Shown here piece by piece: positions 1 to 10,570 of a stretch of 29,829 bases of DNA; the first letter of the stretch is position 1, and each line of letters opens with the position of its first letter. The notes beneath the pieces were generated by a model that saw only the letters and a program-made list of their open reading frames with translations, was not told the origin of the DNA and did no database searches. This DNA is from Paraphysomonas bandaiensis (Eukaryota > Protista > Chrysophyceae). A program made the translations under genes and the position numbers. The stretch is from positions 1 through 29,829 of the forward strand of contig CBFFRP010000161.1 of assembly GCA_965644295.1 (NCBI GenBank). The letters are read 5' to 3'.

Positions 1-338
1 CTAAAGCTGAACGTACTCGTATGAAACGTATTCCTATTGAGGGAGTGTCTCCTGGTCAAACTATTTATGTAGATTTGCGTGCTTGGGGTGCCGATTTTTA
101 TGATACACTAGACTTACCGAATTGTTATACGACTATTTATGTTGTGGAGTGTAACTATGTACGGTGGGCGGGTCGTCGTAAATTGCGTATTGATCTATAT
201 TGCCCTTTGTTTCGGTCTACATATGAATGGAGTGCCTATGACGTTCATTGCTACGGTCGAGTTACTACATTTGACTCTTCTATTATGGTGTTGGTCGATG
301 CGGAGTTTTGCAAGAGATTTCCTGATATACTCTTGTAA
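1..338 (+). CDS. pol: C-terminal end of Ty3/gypsy pol (family A relative), cut by the window edge
   Basis: Protein closely matches the C-terminus of 22246..26190 (PGQ..Y..LRAWGADFYD.L.LP...EWSAYDV...FPDILL*) and is followed by the same 3' UTR, PPT and LTR. Confidence 0.9.
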   Translation, partial: KAERTRMKRIPIEGVSPGQTIYVDLRAWGADFYDTLDLPNCYTTIYVVECNYVRWAGRRKLRIDLYCPLFRSTYEWSAYDVHCYGRVTTFDSSIMVLVDAEFCKRFPDILL

Positions 339-551
339 ACAGGTTTTATTCTTCTATTTTGAAATCATATCTATAATATTCTTTTATTTCTATTACAATA
401 CTACCTTGTCTATCTAGTTTATTTTCAATCTAATATGTTTGAATCTGATTTTGTTTGCTTATACTTAGAATGACGCTATCTAGTATGGCCGATTTAAGTA
501 TTTGCATACATGAATCACAGTCTCTGTATTCACAATCTAATTTCTTCAGCT

Positions 552-569
552 GGGGGGAAAAGAGGGTAG
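552..569 (+). promoter_or_regulatory. Polypurine tract of family A relative
   Basis: GGGGGGAAAAGAGGGTAG directly before the TG start of the LTR; same arrangement at 26407-26423. Confidence 0.85.
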
Positions 570-983
570 TGTCACGCAGTACTGGTTACTTATACTACTG
601 CGTTATTAGTAGTATGATATGTTACTCTTCTGTTGTACTCTCTAACACGTACAGAGTGTTTTAGTATTTTCAGTTTTCAGTTTTATTTTCAGTTTCTACT
701 CTCAGAGTGTTGAAGCTGTACATACATACCGGATAAAGTACTTCTAATCGGGTGTGTTGTGTGTTGAAGTGAAATGCTGAACATGATGTATGTGTATGTG
801 TGTGTTACACTGTAGAGATGTATAGCTGTGTTACTCATTCTTCTTTCTATATAACGTTTTAATAACGATTCAATTAAGCTCATTCGCGGTTTGCGTTTGT
901 GTGGAGGAGTTCTACCCGCTGGTAGACTTAACAGTGTAGCAGCCCGCTGGCGTGCACTCTAAATCTGTTAAAACGTTTTTAGA
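570..983 (+). repeat. 3' LTR of family A relative, diverged and 3'-truncated
   Basis: Starts TGTCACGCAGTACTGG and aligns with LTR 20123-20584 up to ...AAAACGTT..AGA; lacks the last ~50 bp and joins gag sequence. Confidence 0.85.
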
Positions 984-2268
984 GAGAGCTTTCTGTCATT
1001 CACGTGTTTCTAGTTCTCAGAAACATCACAGACGAGAGGAGCAGGATGATGAATCTGCTGAAGATCCGAAACAGAAAAAGAAGGAAAGGCGAACTTCTGT
1101 GTTTATTAGGGAAGCGCAAGGCTCGGATGACATAGAGGTTAGGAAACAGGTCGTTATCAATGTTGAAAAACCGCCACATAAGCATATTTTTCTGGATTCG
1201 ATGGAGCTCAGCGATTTTACAAAGTTTATCATCCAATGGTTTGAATACGAACAGATCAATGGGATTAAACTTGAGCCAGCCCAGATAGTTAGCAGGCGTG
1301 TTCGGAACCTGCTTATGTTCAACAATAGCTTGACGGATAAAATGTTTGTTAAGCTGAGTGCTCAAAAGTTTTGTGAACTGATGGCTAAGGAGACCAAGGT
1401 GTTGTCTAAAGTGGAGTTCATTGAGACTTTGCGATACGCGCTGAGATATTTTAAGCCACTGGATTGGAAATCAGTGCGGCCGAATACACATGAGCTGTTT
1501 TTTCAAGAGATTTTGAAGCGAAAGAGTATTTTTATGCGTACGTTTACTATCATGATGGAGGCAAATAGTACTAAGTGTCCGCCGGTTGGAGGAAAAGAGT
1601 TTGGATCTGCTCAAGTATTTTTGGAGTTGATCGACGAGTCTTACAACAAACGAATTCTGGCGGAGATTCCAAGAGTGACGGATACTAATTATGGTAATGT
1701 TGAAGAGTTTCTGGATACATACGTTTCCAAGGCGAGTGAGCATTATGAGGCGTCCAAGAACATTAGATTGGTGCCTTATGAAGGGTCCGATTTCAGTAGG
1801 AAGCAAATTCAAAGGAGTTCGAGGAATCGGGACAATGGATACGTTGCAAAGGAGAAACCGAAATCTTTAAACAACGTGCAGTTTGCGGACCGAGTTGAGG
1901 ATGATTTCTACAGTGATTTAGATGACAAGGAGGTTGACCCGATAGTTGTGGTCAAGGATGACGGGATGTCAGATGATGATTTCGAGAATGAGGTTGAGGA
2001 GATGTTGCTCGGCGAACCAGAGTCTGATAAGGAAGCTATAGAACAGGTGATGAACCTGGAGAAGACTGTTAATCCAACCCGTGGTTGTGTTGCGTATGCG
2101 TTGTATGGGAACTGCTACAAAGGGAAGGAGTGTAAGCATGTCCAGGGTCATAATGGAGCAGTTGCAACGGAAACCCGGAAATGGATGATGAAGAAGCTGT
2201 CTCAGATGATGGCAGATGATTCCAAAGGGCCGCGAAAGATTTTGCCGAGGCCTGGTGGAGTGACTTGA
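984..2268 (+). CDS. gag: Gypsy Gag (copy D), 5'-truncated, with C-terminal CCCH-type zinc finger
   Basis: Part of ORF 952..2268; homologous to the minus-strand Gag 18297-19992 (e.g. KETKV/KETRV, W+.V, FFQ/YFQ, CP...KE[F/Y]G); CVAYALYGNCYKGKECKHVQGH at 2086-2151; directly precedes a protease. Confidence 0.8.
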
Positions 2269-2750
2269 CAAATGTGCGAGGCTAATGGTTCACAGGATCA
2301 CGAAGAAATATTGTACGGTTTGAATGATCCTGAGACTGTTAGTCGAGTTTTCCTCAGAAATTTGATGAATGTCTGTAATACGCGAGAACGAAAAGACTTG
2401 ACATTGGCTCATTCTGGGGGAAGCATTGTATGTGATGATAACTATATAATATCTGTGCGTGGAATATTGTTCGACACTGGAGCCCTAACATCTAACTTCA
2501 TCTCCAAGGATTTGTTTGAGACGTTTGGAAATCATGTGTGTGAAAACAAAGTCATAAAAAAAGAAACAGTTATAGGATTTGCCGATAAAACGTCGAGAAT
2601 GAAGTGTAGTTTTGTAGTGAAATTAAAATTGAGGTTTGAAAGAGAAGACTCCAAGGGAGAGTTCGTGTTATATGAAGGGGATTTCATTGTTGCTGATATG
2701 GGTAGCAACGATATTATCATTGGACTTCCGGCTATCGTTAAGGATCTATT
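2269..2750 (+). pseudogene. pol: Aspartic protease start of pol (copy D), truncated
   Basis: LFDTGALTSNFIS and DIIIGLP motifs; in frame with gag after TGA; homology stops at about 2750. Confidence 0.85.
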
Positions 2751-2759
2751 AGCAACTTC

Positions 2760-4920
2760 TGCCAGCACTTTGGAATATCCCTCTCCCGTCAACAGTATAG
2801 CCGCGGAAGCCTTCCAAATTCGGTGCAATCTTTGACTACAAGTGTATGGATGGGATACTATTTCCAACTTGTGGGTGATAAACACGATATTGAGTCATAC
2901 GGTGATAGTGCTATGAAGCCTTTGACGATTAAGCAGTTCTTGCAAGTTTTTGGAAAGACTGTTTTCCGCATGTCAAAATTCGAAAGCTCAAGCACTGTTG
3001 TGGGAAATGCAACCTGTGCTCGGCGTTGTCAGAATTGCGAAGAAGCTTTAATGATTATCATGGGAGGCAAGAAGTCACAATGCTTTTCATTTTGCATCGT
3101 CTAACTTACATGGGGGACGCGAATCGTACTATAGTCGGCGACAACTTGCTTTTGATCAGAAATGGTAGTACATGTCCACAATCACTGACGGTATGCAGCA
3201 GAATAGGTATCAAGCAGCACTTACAAGGTATTCTTATGCATGGTCGCAATATCAGAATGTACAGGAGTTTTGCAAATGTATCTGTGAATGCTAGCTATTG
3301 TGTCCATACGTGGTTACTCAGTTTGGAAAGCAATACCTAGAAGGAAAACTTCCGAACACGATATTTCATCAAATTGATGGAGGGTCTGAGATTGCGAATG
3401 TTTTATATTTAGCCATCTGTTATTACTTGTTGCGTGTGGTTTTTGGTGTCAAAAGTGGTATTGACAAGACTCCTTCCTGAACACACTCATGAAGATATAG
3501 ACGCATTATTTGCATTGTTGTGGACGTTGTTGAGAAATGAGTTCGTTTACTCCCCTTCAAAATTTAAGGCAATGATTATGATGGCGTTTGAAAAGTTTGA
3601 CGATGTGAAAGTTATTGATGTATTTGCATTCCCTAATTATGCTGATTGGGTTGCACAATTCATAGATCCTAGCTATTTGCCAAAACCAATTGGACGCAAT
3701 TGCAATTTACATTTGAACGAGTAGGTGACACTAAGGCGACAGATATCCGCATTTCGTGAAGTCCACTTATACCAGGCATATATGCTCAGCAAGAAGTTAT
3801 TGAAATTGTTGATGACCCAAAGAAAGATGTAATTTGCCCCACTGGAGAGAAAGAGAACATCACCGGTTTGATTCCGCAGTTGACGAGGGTAACCCAACGT
3901 CCGCTCGACACTGAGGACCCTCTGCTTATTTTGAAGTCCCTTCCCCCTAAGTCTCACCAAATAACTGTTGACCCTTTCATAAAAGGCTCTCGTAAGATCA
4001 TCACGGATTGCTGCGACCGTATGATAAACACGTACAAGGATAAAAACCCCGCTGTTGCCAGAGACTGGATTAAGTGGCGTGACGAAGTGACTCCTAAGAC
4101 AAATATTGCGACCGACTATATTGCATTGCACATTCCGTTTTTCGATGTCTTGTTCAACGGTCCTACTATTTCGGAATATGAAGTTGGCCCCAAGGAGAAA
4201 GTAAGTCGGAAATTAAAGTGTGGGACTACCATTCCTCCAATGAGAGTTGTGGAATCTACTTCATCTGTAAGACATTCTGGTATAAGAAAGGTCAGCCCGC
4301 AAGACGTATTGTAGAAGATGTGAACGGAAATGATGTGTCTGATGCTGTACTAACTGCCAAAAAGCTCAACCTGATGGTCCTCCTAGAAAAAAATCTGTGA
4401 GGAAGCCAAAAAGAATACTACCAGTAGGAAGAAAACCGCCCCAAAGAAAGCACTCTCTACTACACCACTTGCTGATGATTGCAATGATAGTTCCGACGAA
4501 TGTGGAGATGATTTGACTGACTTGACCGAATATTTGGAGGATGGTGGTGGAGTAAATTTCAGTGAATCTCGTTTTGAAGTGGGCTCGAAAGTGAGAACCA
4601 CTCATGGGCTAGTTGCTACTGTGTGCAATCAGTAAAAATAGGAACGGCGCTTACGACATCAAATATATTCAGGCATTGCATGGAACAGACGAAGGACTGA
4701 AACAACGATTTCTAAAGCCATGCAAAGGTACGTCGCATGTATTAGTAATTAGTGTTAATTAACTTTTTTGTAATCAAGAAACTGCCAGAACAACTTCAGA
4801 ATACACGACGACCTACTTATGAAGTGGTTATTGTCAGTGAAAGTGAGAAGTGGAAAGATACATAATGGGCATTAGATAATGGTAGTAATGTGATCAGTGG
4901 GAAAAAAGCGAAGGTAGTGA
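2760..4920 (+). pseudogene. Degenerate Sola-like / DUF7869-like DDD transposase with Tudor-like C-terminal region
   Basis: Frameshifted pieces give CxxC, TDGMQQ (D at 3187), LPNTIFHQIDGGSE (D at 3376) and EHTHEDIDALF (D at 3500), resembling the [G]HTHEDIDxxF family; several stops and frameshifts; boundaries approximate. Confidence 0.65.
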
Positions 4921-5050
4921 TAATTGTTTATATATTATGAAGTGGTGTTGTCAGTGAGAGTGAGAAATTGAAAGATACAGGGAGCATTAGATGATAGTAA
5001 TGTGATCAGTGGGAAAAGAAAACGAAGGTAGTGATAATTGTTTATATATA
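4817..5050 (+). repeat. Diverged tandem duplication, ~118-bp unit
   Basis: TTATGAAGTGG...GTAATGTGATCAGTGGGAAAA...GTAGTGATAATTGTTTATATA occurs twice (from 4817 and from 4935). Confidence 0.85.
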
Positions 5051-5113
5051 TTATATTATATATATTATTATGTAATTTCTTTTTATAAAAAGCAATAATG
5101 ATTTTTGACTATA

Positions 5114-5152
5114 TGTAGTTACGTAACTACACTTATACGTAACTACACTTAT
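5114..5152. repeat. 18-bp perfect palindrome overlapping a 16-bp tandem duplication
   Basis: TGTAGTTACGTAACTACA at 5114-5131; ACGTAACTACACTTAT x2. Confidence 0.8.
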
Positions 5153-5383
5153 AGTACGCAGAAATACGGCCAGTATAAAACATTCTTTTAAAATATAATA
5201 CAACACAGTAGCACAAAGCGATTCCAAGACGATATGCACTCATCACAATGCGTAATCCATGTTCGATTTACATATTCGTACACAAATGTAGTAGTTTGAC
5301 CAGATTGTAGTACTTAGACCAGGTTTTTACTTACCATCGACTTTATATAAGTATATCACATAATATATATTTATATATTTTAC

Positions 5384-5567
5384 AGTTAAAGTATGAAGTA
5401 CTTTAGAGGAGAAAGGTATATTATATGTTAAGGACAACTGATGTAAACATGTCAATGTGTGATGACAATGAATGGATATGCATGTATGTGACATACTATC
5501 CATTCATTCATAATACGTAGTGCGTATGTGATAGGAAAACTACGGAAGCGAAGTTTACACTTCAACT
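5384..5567 (-). repeat. 3' LTR of outer copia
   Basis: Direct repeat of 11658-11841; termini AGTTGAAG...CTTTAACT on the minus strand. Confidence 0.95.
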
Positions 5568-5578
5568 CTCCCCCTAAA
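5568..5578 (-). promoter_or_regulatory. Polypurine tract of outer copia
   Basis: Minus strand TTTAGGGGGAG abutting the 3' LTR. Confidence 0.85.
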
Positions 5579-5628
5579 ACTAAGCGTACGTATGTAATGG
5601 ACAACATGAAAACTAGGTACTAATAAGC

Positions 5629-5677
5629 TAGATACTGAAAATAGAATAGATACTGAAAATAGAATAGATACTGAAAA
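5629..5677. repeat. 18-bp minisatellite, ~2.7 copies
   Basis: TAGATACTGAAAATAGAA repeated. Confidence 0.9.
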
Positions 5678-6411
5678 CCCGAAAAGAAAACCATGATGGT
5701 ATGATGGATGCATGGGAAAACAAAAGGGAAAGTATCCAACAATAGAATATATATACCATAACTATAAGATATAGTGTGTGCAGAGGACCAGATGGGGCAT
5801 ACCATCTACGAGTCATACACTCCCACTAATATAATATTATATAGGTAATGACATATATATATATAATATATGTATATATATATAGACTGATATTATGAAC
5901 ACAACGGTCATCGTATCGTAGAACCACTATAGTTCTGAAGAAGTCAAACACAAACTTCAAAGCAAATCAATCCACGCTATATGATGGCAACTCACGAAGT
6001 TCATACTTAGTAGAGATGAAGGATTGAATCGAATATATTATGCTTTTAATATTGCCTGAAATGGTTAGACAAACAAAATATATAGTATAATATCATAGAT
6101 ACCATCATAATTTAATGTTCATATCATAAGTATGATACATCAGAATATAAGGTAGATAATTTGCATAACAGGTGAATCTTAAAGATTATAATCAATATAG
6201 TATTGTATACCTGTCACCTTGAAATGCTTGAAAATCATGAACAGCATAATATGGAAATGTTTTCTGTTGAATGTCTACATGACAACAATGAAAGAACAGA
6301 TAAAACATATTAAATCACTGGACTATATAGAGCCAGGTAAATACAAACGCTGAACTGATAATTGCATATATCGCATGAAAGTGCGCAATGCAGATTAAGA
6401 TAATCGGTGCC

Positions 6412-6596
6412 AGTTGAACTATAAGGTATAGACTTGGTGTAAAGAGAATAATGATTAGAGATTACACATGTAACATGTCGATACATTGTACTATAAGTGT
6501 GTGGATATGCATGCATGTGGTGTAATGTCCATTCATTCAATATACGTCGTACGTATGCAATAGGGAAACTACGGAAGCGAAGTTTATACTTCAACT
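6412..6596 (-). repeat. 3' LTR of inner copia (185 bp)
   Basis: Matches 9906-10088 except for a 2-bp TA indel. Confidence 0.95.
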
Positions 6597-6607
6597 CTCC
6601 CCCTTAA
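6597..6607 (-). promoter_or_regulatory. Polypurine tract of inner copia
   Basis: Minus strand TTAAGGGGGAG abutting the LTR. Confidence 0.85.
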
Positions 6608-6683
6608 ACTAAGCGTACGTTCTGAATGATATGGAAATGCATGTCTATACTTAATACACTAGAATATCACAGCACACAAGCAT

Positions 6684-9635
6684 TTAAGTAGAGCAACCAA
6701 AAAGAATTGACCTGAAATGTCTGAATTCTGTCTTGCGAAGGGGCTTAGTCATAACATCGGCAACATTGTTGGCAGAATCAACATACACGAAACGAACGAT
6801 ATTGTTTTGAACGAGTTGTCGAATGAAATGATGACGAATTTCAATGTGTTTAGACCGCTTGTGAAACACTGGGTTAACCGATAGATTAATAGCAGATGTG
6901 TTGTCGACTTTGATTTCCAGGGTATCGGGCTGAACGGGTTTTGCAGGTGAGCGCGGGAAAGTCAACTCTGCACAGACTGTGTTATGTGAAATACCTTCCT
7001 TGGATGTATCACCCATAGAATAATACTCAGAATCCATTGTTGACAGGGCTAGAGATTGTTGGAGTTTGGAAAACCATGCAATACAAGCACCAGCTAGGAG
7101 AAATGCAGCGCCAGACTGAGAACGTCGAGTATCTACATCATAATTTGCCCAATTGGCGTCAGAAAAAGCCTGTAGCGTAGGTGGATTGTTGGATTGGCGC
7201 CTATAGGTCAGCTGAAGATCCGCCGAACCTTTCAAGTATTTCAATATCTGTACCACAGCATTCCAGTGTTCCCTGCCGGGGTTAGACAGAAAACGTGCAC
7301 AACATCCAACGGCAAAAGCAATATCAGGGCGAGTGCACACCATAACATACATTAATTTTCCAACCACTGTGCGATAAGGGATATTCCCCATATAGATTTT
7401 CTCCTCGTCCGTGCTTGGAGACATCGAGGCAGATAATTTAACATGGTTGTTGGCCATAGGTACTGGAGATGTTGAGTTGATCGGGTGGATCGGGTCCACA
7501 TATTCGATTAAGTCGTTGATGTATTGACACTGAGAGAGTTGGACTGTGTGTCGATCCTTCGATGTGTGAATACGGATCCCAAGAAACCACTCGAGGGGAC
7601 CTAAATCGTTAGTACGAAATTTTTGGTGTAATAACACGCAAAATTTATTCAATAGGCTAATGCTGGATGCCGCAATGGCAATATCATCAACATATACGCA
7701 TATAATGACGAATCCATCATCAGATTGGTGATAAAATACACACGTATCTGAGGTACATTGTGTAAATGATATGGATAATAAAAATGCAGTCATCATATTA
7801 TGAAATAGTCTACTAGCCTGTTTAAGACCATAGAGAGACTTTAACAGTTTATAACACTTGCCTCGTGGGAGTCTGCTGCCTGGGGGTGCTGACATATAGC
7901 AATCATAGTCAATGTCAGACTGTGGAAAAGCCTTTGGCACATCCAAATGGTGAACATATAGTCCATAATGAGCACATAATGCAAGAACAATACGTAATGT
8001 CGAATGTCGAACTACAGGGGAGAATGTCTCATCATAATCGACACCATGGATTTGTGTGTAACCCTTGACTACGAGTCTTGCTCGATAACGCACTATGTTG
8101 CCATCTTTGTCAGTTTTCTTCTTGAAAACCCACTTTGATCGCATTAAGTTTGCATCAGGAGGGATATCCACTACTTTCCATGTTCCCTGCGCCTGGAGTC
8201 CAGTTAACTCCTCTTGCATAGCTTCCTCCCATTTAGCATTGTCTGCACTCCGTTGTGCAGCAGCATAAGATAGAGGAGCATCGAACACAGCAAAAACATT
8301 GTAGCTGTCGTCACTACCAGGAGCTGAATGAACCATAATCGTGGGCTCGTAAGCTGTAGTCACTAGAGCTAGATGGAACAGAAGTCGCTCGACTGGCTTG
8401 CGTGATCGCGTCGATCGGCGCACAATAGGGGTGTGTGTATCTCTTTCTCGTGGCTGCCGCGAGGTTGTACCCGTCGAGGTGAAGGAGCGACCTTCAGTCT
8501 GAGGGACCACATCGGGAGCCGGCTGTGACACGATTTCTGATGTAGCGAACCCGTCGGCTGCTTCAACAGATTTCTTGTCAAGCTCAAAAATAGCATCGGG
8601 TTTGTGACACTGTACGGAGGGATCATTCCCGTCGGTATCCTCCTCCTGTACAAGTTCATCATCGGACTCATCGTGAATCCGGTCCCGTGCTTGGAAAGGT
8701 GACACTAGTTTAAAGGCATGCTGAATGAATCTGACATCCGCAGTCTCGAGGACCATGCCTGTGCTCGGTCTATACACTTTATACGTGGACCGTGAGTATG
8801 GGACATATCCCACAAAACGAACAATTTCGCCAGGGTTACCGCCTTGCGATGACGAGAAATGTAGGTTGTGATAATAACATTCCATGCCATATACATGTAG
8901 ATTAGCGATAGTCGGGGGTTGACCATGCCATGCTTCCCATGGTGTCATTCCAAGGGAGCGAGAAAAATTCAATGCATGCAATAATATGACATGTGTCGCG
9001 GATAGAGGCCATGTCCGCTTCGGCAAACCAGAATATGTTCTGAGGCAGCGCTCCTTCTCTGCAGTGGTTCTGTTTCCACGCTCAATAGTACCAGAGTACC
9101 GTTTGTTACCGGCCGGACTGGGCATATGGCGTATGTTGTTACGGAGACAGTAATTCTTGAAGTCCTCATTGATAAACTCAGTGCCCGGATCAGAAAGCAG
9201 AATAAAATCACGTACACCGTAGGGAAATACTTCTTCAAGGACAAAGCGATGAAGACCTTCTACCAATGCATCAGATTTCTTCTTTAGAAAGTAGATGAAC
9301 ATCATGGTGGAAAAGTCATCTAAAAACAACATCCAATAACGCACGCCACCAATACCACGAGTCATAAATGGTCCTTTCAGGTCCACATGAATGATCTGAG
9401 CCGGGTATTCCGCACGCATACGTGGGGACTTGGACGGTCGAGAGCGTGTTGATTTGGAAATATAATCGACTTCGCAGTGTGGTAATTGATTGATATCAAT
9501 AGAGCGCCATGAGTATGGAAAGCCAGTGATCTTGCCATGTCGGAGGGCATCATAAAGAATGGAGTACGCCGGATGGCCTAATTGGAGATGGAGTAATAAG
9601 AACGCATGTGCAGCCTTCGAGATGACCGGTGCCAT
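6684..9635 (-). CDS. pol: Copia Pol: integrase, reverse transcriptase, RNase H (no Gag or protease)
   Basis: HLQLGH, IHVDLKGP, SDPGTEF, IERGNRT, SKWVFKKK, YRARLVVKGYTQ, SLYGLKQA, YVDD, FSDANWA, KHIEIRHHFIR, ADVMTKPL; IN-RT-RH order is copia-type. Confidence 0.97.
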   Translation of the reverse strand: MAPVISKAAHAFLLLHLQLGHPAYSILYDALRHGKITGFPYSWRSIDINQLPHCEVDYISKSTRSRPSKSPRMRAEYPAQIIHVDLKGPFMTRGIGGVRYWMLFLDDFSTMMFIYFLKKKSDALVEGLHRFVLEEVFPYGVRDFILLSDPGTEFINEDFKNYCLRNNIRHMPSPAGNKRYSGTIERGNRTTAEKERCLRTYSGLPKRTWPLSATHVILLHALNFSRSLGMTPWEAWHGQPPTIANLHVYGMECYYHNLHFSSSQGGNPGEIVRFVGYVPYSRSTYKVYRPSTGMVLETADVRFIQHAFKLVSPFQARDRIHDESDDELVQEEDTDGNDPSVQCHKPDAIFELDKKSVEAADGFATSEIVSQPAPDVVPQTEGRSFTSTGTTSRQPRERDTHTPIVRRSTRSRKPVERLLFHLALVTTAYEPTIMVHSAPGSDDSYNVFAVFDAPLSYAAAQRSADNAKWEEAMQEELTGLQAQGTWKVVDIPPDANLMRSKWVFKKKTDKDGNIVRYRARLVVKGYTQIHGVDYDETFSPVVRHSTLRIVLALCAHYGLYVHHLDVPKAFPQSDIDYDCYMSAPPGSRLPRGKCYKLLKSLYGLKQASRLFHNMMTAFLLSISFTQCTSDTCVFYHQSDDGFVIICVYVDDIAIAASSISLLNKFCVLLHQKFRTNDLGPLEWFLGIRIHTSKDRHTVQLSQCQYINDLIEYVDPIHPINSTSPVPMANNHVKLSASMSPSTDEEKIYMGNIPYRTVVGKLMYVMVCTRPDIAFAVGCCARFLSNPGREHWNAVVQILKYLKGSADLQLTYRRQSNNPPTLQAFSDANWANYDVDTRRSQSGAAFLLAGACIAWFSKLQQSLALSTMDSEYYSMGDTSKEGISHNTVCAELTFPRSPAKPVQPDTLEIKVDNTSAINLSVNPVFHKRSKHIEIRHHFIRQLVQNNIVRFVYVDSANNVADVMTKPLRKTEFRHFRSILFGCST

Positions 9636-9893
9636 TGAACTGCAATTAGGAGGCGTCTTAACGTTACTGTATCTGCTGCGGTCGCGACGAACACACTGAC
9701 GTTTGGGCGGAGGGGTGTGAACTGTGCCGTCAGCAGAAGACTTTCTAGCATTGGTGAAGTATAAGAGACAGATTATCGAGGTGAGATGATAATCGTTTGC
9801 ATTGATCCAGTGTTAACTCCTGGATAGGGTTTTTGGAGACAGGGAGAGCCATGCTAATGAATAAAAGGGCAAACAAAGGTTATAGATCGCGAG

Positions 9894-9905
9894 AATCCGC
9901 TACCA
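9894..9905 (-). promoter_or_regulatory. Primer-binding site (initiator Met tRNA-like), inner copia
   Basis: TGGTAGCGGATT immediately after the 5' LTR. Confidence 0.8.
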
Positions 9906-10088
9906 AGTTGAACTATAAGGTATAGACTTGGTGTAAAGAGAATAATGATTAGAGATTACACATGTAACATGTCGATACATTGTACTAAGTGTGTGGATAT
10001 GCATGCATGTGGTGTAATGTCCATTCATTCAATATACGTCGTACGTATGCAATAGGGAAACTACGGAAGCGAAGTTTATACTTCAACT
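9906..10088 (-). repeat. 5' LTR of inner copia (183 bp)
   Basis: Direct repeat of 6412-6596; termini AGTTGAAG...GTTCAACT on the minus strand. Confidence 0.95.
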
Positions 10089-10269
10089 GTGCCTCTATAA
10101 TAGTAGGGCAGCAGAGTTAAAACTCTGATTGTGAGGCTGTTCTACCTGTGGAACAAAGCCAGCACTATTCCATACTTGTGGAAATAAAAGAGATATATAA
10201 TATGCCTGCCTTTTATAATGATAAGGGGCGAAATATGATATGCCTGCCATAAATAGGGGGCAATAAACT

Positions 10270-10570
10270 GATACTCTTTCCTGGGGCTGTTGCGATGATG
10301 TTCCCGTCGTATTGAAGGAACGACCTTCAGTCTGAGGGGTCATATCGAAAGCCGGCTGTAACGCGATTTCTGAGGTAGCTGGCTCGTTGGCTGCTCCAAC
10401 AGATTTCTCGTCATGCACAATAACATCGGGTTCGGAACTAGGTTTAGAGGGGTCATTCCCGTCGGTATCATCCTCGTGGTTAAGTTCATCGTCGGATTTA
10501 TCATAAATCCGCTCCCGTGCTTGGAAAGGTAAAAGAATGCTGAATGAATTGAACATCCGTAGTATCTAGA
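10270..10570 (-). pseudogene. pol remnant (IN-RT linker) of outer copia
   Basis: PFQARERIYDKSDDEL..DTDGNDPS...PQTEGRSF matches the inner Pol at about 8440-8750. Confidence 0.85.

Larger units (their letters stand above)
6412..10088 (-). mobile_element. Gag-less Ty1/copia element (inner), nested in the outer copia
   Basis: LTRs 6412-6596 and 9906-10088, TSD GTGCC (6407-6411 / 10089-10093), PBS, PPT, IN-RT-RH ORF. Confidence 0.95.

Noticed and set aside
952-983. GTG start of the 438-aa ORF as a real start
   Set aside because: These codons lie in the truncated LTR; the ORF is a chance LTR-gag fusion at a deletion junction
1000-2271. Antisense ORFs opposite gag and pol (here and elsewhere)
   Set aside because: Shadow frames of long coding regions with no motifs or conservation between families
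2751-2835. C-terminus of ORF 2272..2835 as part of the protease
   Set aside because: Homology to other pol copies ends at about 2750; the rest is read-through into unrelated sequence
5378-5384. 7-bp TSD TTTTACA with G...C termini for the outer copia
   Set aside because: The related inner element fits only a 5-bp TSD with AG...CT ends, and 5 bp is standard for copia
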